A stretch of DNA of 64,000 bases from assembly GCA_040954595.2 (NCBI GenBank), contig CM082586.2:2361124-2425123 (forward strand). The letters are read 5' to 3'. The notes below the pieces were generated by a model that saw only the letters and a program-made list of their open reading frames with translations, made no database searches and was not told the DNA's origin. This document shows positions 49,987 to 61,439 of the stretch, piece after piece. Positions within the stretch are counted from its first letter, which is position 1; the number at the start of each line of letters is the position of its first letter. This DNA comes from Balanoglossus misakiensis. Taxonomy: Eukaryota; Animalia; Hemichordata. A program made the translations under genes and the position numbers.

Positions 49987-52900
49987 TTAATGATAGGACA
50001 GAGCCAGCAAGAAATAACAAATTATCCAATATGAAATAGCAAATGTCACGAAAATGCCCATGAAAATTACCCTGCTGTATTGATCTATCTTGAAAGAGGG
50101 GTTCTTATTTACTTTTGAGGATTCTCTTATCTGAAATGGTTTGTCTGGGTTGTTTGAATCGCTTCCAGTTTCATTCAGTTGGTGCTCTGTTGGGGCAACA
50201 TCTGCAGGATGGATGCTGGGATTATTTGGCGTGGACTTTTCGTCAAGGGATGAGAACGCCATCGCCAGATTTGCTTTCCCCTGACGACCGATTAACTGAA
50301 AGAAGGAACGAAGAAATAATTGTCGGAAGTTCTTCCGCATTTACAAGGATACCGATGTTTTTTCTGCCTCCTCATCTTTTCCATGTGGTGCTTGACATCA
50401 TTCAAACATACCCGCCACCAAGAACAGTAAAATTTAATCCTACCTCGTTTGTTTCTCGAACCGCTTTAACTGCCTTTGCCGTTTGCCGACCACGCGTCTT
50501 TTGTAGATGGTACACCAAGACATACTCGAGTAAACTGGCAAAGACCAACACTATACACACTGTCAGCCACACATCCATAGCCTGACACAAACCAAGAACC
50601 ACAAATCAAAATCAAATTTGTGAGAGTTACTTGTTACAAGATGCATAGAAAGAGCAGATGTCGAGGTACAGTGAGCGATGTATTTCAGAAACTCAGGGAA
50701 AGGGACACAGGGAGCCCAGGTGTACAAACAAAAATGGCACCTGGTGTTGTGAGCTCTCCCATTCCCCACGAGGCAAGTACAGAATGACACCAACAATGGC
50801 ATATTGATTACGCACCGTTATATAGGAAACCTTTGGTAAGTCCCTCTTGATTATGCTACCCTGGGTAATCAGGGACAGCAGTGTTGTTATTCCGAGGGTA
50901 GCTCTCGCCGGAGAACCCATTGGATCGATCCAAAAGGTAAGCCAGGCTATGATGACGAATATGCTGCTTGGAATGTAGGCTTCCAGGATGAAATGTGCCA
51001 GCTGGCGCTCCAGGTGAAAGGTCGCGGCGATGTAACTGTAGTTGCCTTGATCGTTTGTAAGGGAAACACGTACGTCGCCGTATTAAAATGATGTTACTTG
51101 TGGAAAATGTTGGCTGACGTGTGTGCGCGTGCATTGATCAACTCCAACACCCACTTACGGGTCGTTATCATGAGTACTCGACAAGATTTCAAAGATGGCG
51201 AGACGAGCGCAAAATGAAATGAAACGCTGGGAAGGAGATCAGATGGTCTGGACAGGATAACAAGACTGTTAATTGTATTTAAGTACAAGCAGAACCACTC
51301 TCTCGAATATTTCGTGTATTCTGTCTATCTGTCTGCATGTCTGTCTATCCCACCCTCTTCTCTCTCTATTCTTGAAAAGAAAAATGCCGTGGATTAATTT
51401 CCTTACCCATAAGATACTCGTTAACACCTTGCTGCATTGACCACCCGGTCAAAACGTATTTAGGGATCGAGATAGCAGGATGTACTTGTATTGCGTCATC
51501 GCTACCATCTTCATACCATCTCACAATAACATTTTCAGTGTCGTATGCATCTGGAAATTTCGTGAAAATTCGTTGAGGGGAGCATGGCGGGTAGATCAAT
51601 TGTAGTTTCATATAAGTAGAGATAAAATTCTCTCTTCATAAATATGAATAACAATCGGCATTATGTTACTAGACTGTTTTAAATTTAAAAAGAGTAGATG
51701 TTGGTGTAACTTGTTTGACATTTTATTTCTGTAGACATGGATGAGTACTATCTGTGATTTTTTCCAACAATTTTCATCGAGCATTGCCGCACAATTACAT
51801 TGTACTCACAAGACATCATTGTCATTCCACAGTTCTGGTGGTCAAAAGGAAACGCACCCAAGCTCATGTGACATGAGAAAGTTGCCGTCATTCTGAAACC
51901 AAGAAGTGTGAAAAATACAGCAAGGTTTGGAACGCTATAAGTATCTCTACAACTCCTATGGAAATATAACACGCACCAGTGCTCTGTTCACTTCTGTGTC
52001 AAATGCGAGGAGCTTAAATGCACGCATGCGCGGAAAACATTCATTTAATACATGTACGGTGCAATTCTAATTAGGTATGATTGCCGCCAGCTGTTGTGTA
52101 TTCGGATAACATGTTAATTATTTCTTCACAATAACACATGTGTAATTAGCTGGTGCATGTAGTGTAAGTCCTGCCTGAATAGAGTTTACGCCCACAATTT
52201 TGTGATGTTATTTAGAGGGACGACTGCCATCCCTTTAAAGTTTAAATACCCACATACCTCAGACCGTATATGACGTCTCCATTTGCGTTAATGTGAAATA
52301 ACGAATTTTGCCTCGGTGACTCGTGTACGAATTCGGTCTTGGTGTTTTCGAAATACGTGTCAGAAGTCCACACCATTTCTGTTACGTCATCTTCGATGGC
52401 AATGACGGAACCATTGTGTTGTAGCCGTGGATCATTCCATAACTGCCTTAGGTACATTGTGATAGAGTAGTCCTAGGTGAAATATTGATGATAATGGTCA
52501 ATAAAGGTGATTTAGAAATGCTCGTTCTCTATTGTGGCATAGTACAAATGATGGCATTTACACCAGTGTCTATGCGTAATAATCTTCCCAACAACTTCAG
52601 AAACCATTAAATTTTACAGGATTTTAAAAAGTTCTCGGACATACCATATTACTTTCTGAGACCGAATGAAAGCTCACGATGTATAGTCCAACTTGAAGGT
52701 CCACCGGAGGGCCTTGGAAAGAAATAAGTGAAGGAATCATTTAATTTCCACTGCATTACATTCGCCATTGAAAAAAAAATCGGTAAGATGTTAATGGTAT
52801 GTGCCACCCTCTTTGGACAGATTGGTTAACACATTGTGGTACCTATCATTAGCACATGTACATAGACATATTCAGTGATGTTGTCATTTAACAACAGTAG

Positions 52901-53729
52901 TGTCTTACCGTCTGCATTAGGTCTAATCGTGTGATCATGGTGGTCAAGGAGTATTTTCCGTATTGCGTGACTCGAATACTTGTATTCCTGGTCTTGTTGT
53001 TCGGAGATATTCGTTGCATTCGCCGCACACCTGTTTTTAAAAAAGACGGTCATATGTGTGTGACCCCCCCCCCCCCCAGCCATGGTGGTTGTACTCCCAC
53101 CGCCAGACGACAGGGGTGGATAAATATTAAAGCCAACAATTATTGTTAACTGTGGTACGCCTCATTATACATGCAAATTTAGCGCGATATCAAATAATTG
53201 TGCTCTGTCCATAATCCTTCTCATCACCAATTGTTTCTTGCCAACACCTGTGGCAATGAATAGGCCTAATCATGAATTCCCTGTTAATGAACGCAATCAA
53301 GCGACTGTATATTTCGCCATATGTATTTAGCTAGATCAATAGAGAAATGCGATTAGAACTATCAAATTAAAGTATTTGAAACAACTTTCTTATTTTGTAT
53401 TTTGGAGGGTTGTTTCCAAATTGTACTGACTTCCAGGGTTTATTGGAAATACACAATTAGGTTGATCTTGGCATTGATGGCGGGAACCAAGGTTGTACTT
53501 GATCGTGGTAGATCATTCATTGCACTAAATCGCAATGCCTTTACCTGCACGAATCGTTGCATCGCCGTAAAGATAGGCTTCATGGTGGCAATATATCTTA
53601 CAGAATAAGTGCATTCACACCCACCCATATTCCAAAGCTCATAGGTGGAATATCACAATTTAATACTTACGTTGTACGTGGAACGCAGGAAATGATAAGG
53701 AGAAGAGCAAATGTATCGGTTGGGGCCAT
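49987..53729 (-). CDS. Cys-loop ligand-gated anion channel subunit (GlyR/GABA-A/GluCl superfamily), 455 aa
   Basis: Exons 53729-53671 (signal peptide MAPTDTFALLLIISCVPRTT), 53030-52909, 52712-52645 (68 nt), 52472-52258, 51892-51810 (83 nt; Cys-loop CHMSLGAFPFDHQNC), 51550-51407, 51045-50816 (M1-M2, PARATLGITTLL), 50581-50444 (M3 AMDVW...SLLEY), 50295-49987 (M4 IDQYSRVIF..YW); total 1368 nt. Confidence 0.93.
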
Positions 53730-54372
53730 CGGGTTACGGGTTCTGAAGCCGTGATCAAGCGGCACAGACCAGAGATAACGGGCGCTCGCTTCTCACATTT
53801 CCCAGTCAGCGACAACTCTGCTATTCTATTGTGTAGTATTGTCTCTAAATCGCCACGTTGTGTTACCATATGTTCCCGTTTTGCATAACACATTTTACTG
53901 ACCTTTGTTAATAAGATTTTGTTGCTAATCATGTCACCAAGCAAAAGTAAGCGTAACTGTTAGGATATTTCGTAAATCTTCAACTGCAACCCAGGTGGTC
54001 TAAAAGGTCGATCGTGTGTCGGAGATGGTCCACACAGAGGAGCCATTAAACTTTACTGAGCAGATGATGAAATTTTCTATAAGGTACGCGTCCGTCCCTT
54101 CCAAAGTACCCGATACTATTCAGTGCCTGATACACAAATCTACAAATAATCATGGGTTCAAGTATTCAATTTATCATGTTAAAAGAAGGATTACGATAGC
54201 TGGACCGCTCCAACAAAACGAAAGCATTTCTTGGTTGAGATAATAGGGCAAAGTTTATCGACGCGACGTCGCACCCAGTGATATCGTAATGTAGGGGGTG
54301 TCCAACCCTAACCATTAATGTAATACTGTGCGGTATCAAATGTTCGCTCAGAGTTTGTAGACGTGTGGAACG

Positions 54373-54387
54373 TGCGCCTATATAAGA
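54373..54387 (+). promoter_or_regulatory. TATA box with BRE-like upstream sequence for the CLCA gene
   Basis: TGCGCCTATATAAGA ~170 bp upstream of ATG 54552. Confidence 0.6.
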
Positions 54388-54551
54388 GACACCCCTCGTG
54401 TCCACCAAACTTTATAGCGTGCCATCCCCACAGCAACTCGTCTGTTTGGCATCAGCTTTATACTCCGCGCCGCCGAAGACAAGTAGAGACAGTCTCATCA
54501 AAGATTCTTCTCAACAAGAAACGGTTTCCTTGAAGACCCATCGAGTCCATC

Positions 54552-57500
54552 ATGAGTTACATCAAGGTGTATTCGTTCCTTGCCACCTGCATCGCACTCA
54601 GTTGCATGTCTTCACTTCCCGTCGTTAATTCGAATCGCAATCCTGTCAGCCTCATTGATCACGGCTACGGTGACGTCTTGATAGCGATACACGAGAGTAT
54701 ACCAGAGGACCCTCTTCTTATTTACCGACTCAAGGTAAGATGCGAGCGAATTTAAGCACCTTTTCTTTCATCAACGGCAGAAACCGCTGTCTGACCTGTC
54801 TGTTGCAATCGTTTTCCAGAAAACGTTTTCCAGTCATGAAAAACTGTGAACTGATATCTTGGCAATTTGTCAAAGATGCGAGCTACGTGTATGTACTTAA
54901 AACAGAGATTTACACGTATTCGTGATGATTTTTCGTACAAAGCCAGCACCTGCTGGAAGATGGAAATACGCCCTAGCAAATTCAACTCTTCGGTTTGGTT
55001 GTGAAAAAACAGGCATATGCAAGAATGCGACCCTCTGTTTATGCAAATAACAAGTCTTAGTTACTGAGATATGTCATGATATCTACCTGTGACAGTTCAG
55101 GTGGGGAGATACCCAAACCCTTGCGTTTTAAATAAAACAAACATGTATGCATGGTTTGAAAAAAACATGCATAGAGGTTAATACATGTCATGGACCTGGT
55201 GGTCAGTACTCCATTAGCCGTAACTTGTGGCTATTTTCTTCAAACTGGAGTTGCCTGAAAATGTTACCAGATGTCGAATCTTTGTGGGGAAAAAGACGAT
55301 AATCACATCTAGGCTAGCAACTTCCGGGAAATTGGGAAAAAAATTCTACGTTTGTACAATATATTATATTTATCTCTCCAACATATCTTCGGGTAAAATG
55401 CTTGTTTCGTGTCAAGTGTAGTGACCATTTATCTTCACTGTTTGCGTACTTGATGATAATCTGAATATGGCCTTTTGGACACGACCGATGAGTTCTGCAT
55501 TCTTGCCTTTGTTTCCGTTCAGTGTTTGCCTTCAAGTTCTGTATCACCACCACAAAAGGTAATAAACTTGATAACAAAATTGTTTAGCTCAGATGTTGAC
55601 ACCCACGTAGCTTACCAAAGGTCCAGGGCGTAGGCCCCTACTCCACTCTTTGCGATGAGAGGGTGTTAGCAGATGTTCCACCTACTGCCTAATTTGTCAT
55701 AATGTGTTTGTCTTCCCAACCTCTGTTATCATCGACTCTTAGCAACAATCGAAATTGGGCGACCCCAGTTGACCCCAATGACAATGATGCTCGTGTTTCT
55801 TGGCTGTAGACGAGCCCCGATTTCGGCCACACCCAGTTCAACACGCACCCTCGCGCTGAATTCTGTTGGTGTCACGCACGCATTAAGGGGACCTTTGCCT
55901 GCTTGATAGGGTGGCTCTGGGCAAGCAGAGGTCGAGTTTGAGGTATATGCTGAACGCGACCATGACCTTTTACACGGCTTCTTTGACGATTAAATGTGCC
56001 ATGACCGGAATCCCGCTGTGAAGCTGTCCATTTTAGTTGGTGTATCAACCATAGTCGTTGTTTGCTCTACATCCAAGGGTATTGAAAAAAGTCGAAGGAT
56101 CCAACTGTCATTTTAGATAACCGAATTGAAGTCGTGGAAAAAAGCTGTCATTTTCTTTCGTTAATTTCTCTAGGAAATCTTCACCAGTGCGTCTGCTCAT
56201 CTGCACCCAGCCACTCTCCAGTGGACCTACTTCCAAAACGTCACCATCCTGATCCCCAAAACGTGGAGTGACAACCTGACGCAAGCGCCCGCCACGACCG
56301 AAAGATTCGACGTCGCCAACTTCGTCGTCGACCAGCCGAACCCGGAGTACGGGGACAACCCGTACACTAAGCAGACCCGGGGTTGTGGTGAGCCGGGAGA
56401 GTTCGTGCACTTCACCGAGAAATGGGTGAAAGACAAAGACTACAGTTGGACGTATTGGGGAGATCCAGGTAAGCGTCTGTTTGATTTAACAGGACGTCAA
56501 CCCCCAACATTCAAACTATTGAATTTTTGAAAGCATAACTCAGTTGTTGGTTGTTCACAGGCAAAGTGACGGTCCATGAATGGGCTCATCTGCGATGGGG
56601 AGTTTTTGACGAGTATCCAGTTGATGACGACCAACACTTCTACTACGATGAAAATGGTCGTGTGGAGGCAACCAGGTGCTCGCAGGCGATCACCGGCCAG
56701 TCACGTGATATAGACAACAACTACCAGAAGTGTAATACCGATCCAGACTCAGGCGTGATGCCAGGACCCGGATGTAGATTCTTCCCGGATCTTAACGGAA
56801 ATGAGGGCGTGGCTTCCTACATGTATGCAAATTACCTGGATTCGGTAAGTTGCTGTGGAGTCTGGCCAGAATTGTTATAATGTCCAGATGGTATTTCCAT
56901 GTCGTGGGTGGTTAGGCTACTTCGTTTCTTGTGAGAAATCCGTGTACGTGCAAAATAACACAGTGACCAGATTTCAGCGTGTACATACAATGAACTGAAC
57001 CACTTATATTAAGTGTAGTTACATCTTAAAGCAGTTGCATGTAATGATAGCAGCTAAACCATTGGTAATTCGGAATGTTGTCTTCGGCGGGGTACCATAA
57101 AACCATGTGTATTACTAGCGATGAGAGGTTTTCATCCTCTGACCACTGGCAAACAATATTAAGAGCTCAGAGTACATACCCTGTTCTCAGACAGCTCTCC
57201 ACTCTTTCCTCTTGGGGTTGAACAGCAGTATGGTAAATTAGAGGTAGACTTGTGACTGTTATTTTTGCATATTCATGGTTGTCATCATGTCCCTCTGTTG
57301 TGTCCTGATGTTTAGGTTGTACACTTCTGCAACAACGATGACGTTCCCAATGAAGCACTTCACAACAGGCTAGCCAGAAACGCCCAGAATAAGCAGTGCT
57401 GTTACCAGAGTATTTGGGAAGTCATGTTACAACACGATGATTTCCCAGACGAGACACCAAACAGAGAACCAATGAACGACACCACGCCCAACTTCCTGGT

Positions 57501-60500
57501 TGTACAGGAAATGGACTTGAGAATTGTACTTATTCTTGACACATCAGGCAGCATGACCTCTGTGAGTAATGTTATACCTTTAGTGTGTTTTAGCGCACTG
57601 TCAACAGCGAAATCTTTAACTTCTTCAAGCCTACTGAATCATAATGCTTTGATATTAGGCGAAATACATCACCATTAAGTATACATCATTCATGACACAT
57701 AAACAAACTTCACTCTGGAAGCGGAACCATAGCACAGCACATAGGTTTGTTATCAAACATGTCTTTGGTCATGAGTTCGCTGCCTTGTCATCTTCACACA
57801 CTGTTCCCTAACCACGTTTTCCGACAAACGTTTCTTTGACGCACAGAACAATCGATTGGATGCGATGATACAGGCCAGCACAAAGTACATCGGATATACT
57901 GTACCGAACGACACGTGGATTGGGATTGTTGAGTTCGAATCTGATGACACAATTCTGTCATATTTGGTTCAAATCGATGGTAGGGAAACGAGAAAAGAGT
58001 TGATCGCATTGCTGCCGATAAGTGCAAGTGGCGGCACCTGCATTGGGTGCGGACTACTGGGTGGAGTCGAGGTTTGTACAATACTAATATGTGCATGCGA
58101 CTTCAGTGAACATTTCTGAATGCAAACTGTCAGTTTTAAGAAATGAGTAGGCTACTGACAGGAAGTACCCCCTTTGCTTCACATGTGACATCTGCCGTAG
58201 TACTCCGCAAATCTTTGAAAAGTTGTTAAGCTGATGTAGTGCAGAGCTCTCAACAGCCGACTATTGAAGACTGCATCACACCAGATTGTTGTTAGACAGG
58301 AATGTCAGAAATGCTGTATGTAATTCTGGGCGATGGTGTACTTTTACACTTCATGTTTCTCGCACAGGTTCTGGAGTATGGAGGGAGATCTGCGGCCGGT
58401 GGAATCCTCTTCCTCATCAGTGATGGAGACGAGACTGAAGAACCGACCATAGAAGACGTCATCGATGAATTGATCGCCAAGGAGGTTATTGTTGACACCC
58501 TGGCTCTGAGTTCCGCAGCTGACGACGGACTGGCGGATCTGTCCGAACAGACAGGGGCAATTCATACTGGTATTCAGAAAGCACCGACTCTACGGCTTTG
58601 CATGATGCATACACTGATACCATTATCGGTCGTACTGGTACAAACATTAATACCCCAGTACAGGTAGGATTTCATCTTCTCACACCCCTGGCTGCTGGGA
58701 GTGTGGGATCGACAGTATGAGATAAATCGGTCCCACACTCTTGCCTATTCAAATGTGTTTATATATATGACAGGAGCGCTGATGTGATAATAATCTGAAG
58801 CGAATTTTACAAATTTGTGGTCATGTGCGAAGTAGAAAACAAAGTGGGAAGGCCTATCATGCCAACACAATTATAATTCTTATCCCGCCTTGTCTAAATT
58901 ACGGAAATTAGGCTTCAGATGTGAAATATTTAGTACATTACCTTTGCGCACGCACGTGCACGGGAGGACATGCGCAGTGCCGAAGGAGATAGCTTCGAAA
59001 TTACCGTCACAATCCAACAATGCTGCCTCACAGAGAAAGTGCTCCTACATGGGTGCGCCTGAGGTTTGAACGAAACGATAGAGGAAAGGTCATCTTTCGG
59101 GTTTAGATCAGCATAGACGTATTAGCCCACGATGCTTCGCCATCGACGTCTGGTCTCCGAGAGGATGTCGGGAGATTTGTACCTTCCCACGTGATACAAA
59201 TCCTGTCTCAAAAGGCAGTTGACAGCTACACGGGTTTCCTAACCTGAGATTCAGGAAAAACGCGCTTCTCTGGGTGAGATGCTGGGCAAGGCTATGAGCA
59301 AATCCGTTACTAACATATTTTTGTGGGAGCTCTTACAAAGATAAAACATTTTGCTCGTGTAACAACGAAAGAAAGAAATCGAAACTTGTCATGAGGTTAT
59401 ATTAGCTGATGTAAAATCTACCATATTCTAATATATTTGCATACTTAAATATTTTTATGTTCACTCCAGCTTGCCAGCTATAAGACAACAATCAACACGG
59501 GGGAAGATTACGACGATTTTGTCATTATTGATTCGTCGATTGGTCGACACACCATCTTTTTTGTATTCTGGGACTTGTACGGAAAAACGGCCGTAGATGT
59601 CACAGTCACAACGCCCAACGGGACCATTATCGACAAAAACTCAAATAATTATAAAGTGGATACATCGACACATTCAATCGTTATCACAATCGAAGGGATT
59701 GCTCAGGTATGTGGTTGTTGCTGTTGATATTGTGGTGGTGGTGGTGGTTGCGGTGGTGGTTCTTCTGTTTTTTTAAAATACGAACGATATAGTTGATTGA
59801 TATATTTCTGAGATGGGGAAAGTGCGTGGTCTATTAGTTAATTTCTCTCCCTTCTCAACTAGTCAGGGAACTGGACCTACAACATCGACAACCCAGACAC
59901 AAGCTTAAGCCAACAGGTGGTGGAAATATCAATCGAGTCGAAGTCGGCCAGTACAACAACAGAGCCGCTCCGGTTGTCATCCAGCCCTAGTTCTAGCCTC
60001 ATCGACGAATCGCCGCCGAAAGTTGTGATTTACGCTGACCTCTTCCAAGGCTATCAACCAGTGAGGAACGCCAAGGTCACGGCCGTGGTGGAAAGACCAT
60101 CTCCATTCACCGCCGTCGAATTGCCACTGCTTGATAATGGCGCAGGTAATGCAAAGTTAGAACGAACGCGAAATGGTAAAGGGGAGTATCGTCTGAACTG
60201 CACATGCGCGACTAACTTCGGAATGTCCTAATGTTTATATGGTTAATGGTACATTTCAGGTGCTGATATAAAAAAAGATGACGGCGTGTACTCTGCCTAT
60301 TTCGTGGAATTTGTTGAAGCTGAATGTGACACGTCTTGTCGCTACGGGATACAAGTGACAGCCAATGATGAGGATGGCACAGCGGTGATCATTGGGACGA
60401 CTAGCTATTCCGCAGCTATGCCAATGGATTATAGTAAGTGTATTCTACACTGATCAGGCAAGTGTCTATTGGCCAGTGACCAGGGAGGTTGATAATTGTT

Positions 60501-61439
60501 GGCCTTGTACCGCTAATAAATTATATTCACCGTTGCTCATTAGGTGTTATTCCAGAGAAAGGTGACCCGGAATCGGTTGGCGACTTTGAACGTGTATCAT
60601 CGGGAGGATCTTTCCAGGTGAATAACTCTGTTGTAATACCGGGAGAAGATGACGACTTTTACGCGCCCTCCAGAATTGTCGATTTAACGAGTCCAGGATC
60701 AGACTACGAGGAAGAAACAATCACTCTGCAATGGACGGCAGTTGGAGACGACTTTGATCAAGGAACAGGTGAGTGTTTCATTATTATTTAAATTAACACG
60801 ATGCTGTTGTTTTTATGCAATATTTAAATTTTGCAATTTTGGCCTGCAGTATCCAGCTCCACATTTCTTTGAACATGCACTGAATTATCAATTTGAAATC
60901 ATAGTCATTACTTATTAACGTGTACGTGTATAAATTTTACCTATGCTTAATTCTGTTCCACAGCTGATCATTACGACCTACGATTTTCCACATCCTTTGA
61001 TGAGATCTTCGATGACTTTGAAAATGCTGAAAATGTCACGAACGACGACCTCATATTGGGGAACCTGTCAGCTCCACTACCAGCTGGGTCTATGGAAACA
61101 TTCATCGTCCAAGCCTATACGCGAGGCACAGGTACCACATACTACTTCGCCGTGCGAGCCGTTGACGAAGCCGGAAATATGGGAACTGTCTCTAACGTCG
61201 CTCAGAACACCGTAGTTCCCGTTTCGCCGTCGGATGGCGGCGGGTTGGCTGGCTGGGAGATTTTCCTCATCTGTCTGGTGGTGCTTGCGGCGATTGCCAT
61301 CACGTTTGCCGTGATAGTCCTCGTGCTGGTGTCAAGGCGCCAGAAAAAAGATCCCAAAGCTGAACAGTACGGCCAGCCAAGTGCGGAGACGGGAACACGC
61401 CAGAGTCAAGAAATGCACGACAACCCATCCTATTTTTGA
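54552..61439 (+). CDS. CLCA: Calcium-activated chloride channel regulator (CLCA family zinc metalloprotease-VWA-FnIII-TM), ~974 aa if repaired; 1-nt frameshift in exon 6 as given
   Basis: Exons 54552-54734, 56174-56468, 56561-56844 (HEWAHLRWGVFDEY), 57316-57561 (MIDAS DTSGS), 57847-58071, 58368-58663 (296 nt, one short), 59470-59706, 59863-60145 (LLDNGAG), 60260-60433 (AD.KKDDGVYS), 60544-60768 (LQWTAVGDDFDQG), 60964-61439 (YYFAVRAVD plus C-terminal TM). N-terminal signal peptide. Confidence 0.92.
59732..59760. repeat. (GGT)n microsatellite in CLCA intron 7
   Basis: gtggtggtggtggtggttgcggtggtggt. Confidence 0.85.

Noticed and set aside
53545-53583. Perfect-Kozak mini exon MKPIFTAMQRFVQ|gtaaag as first exon of the Cys-loop gene
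   Set aside because: Phase 0 is incompatible with exon 53030 (phase 2) and it lacks a signal peptide; 53729-53671 fits both requirements.
58545-58600. Programmed ribosomal frameshift in CLCA
   Set aside because: No X XXY YYZ slippery heptamer or evident downstream structure; an indel is the simpler explanation.
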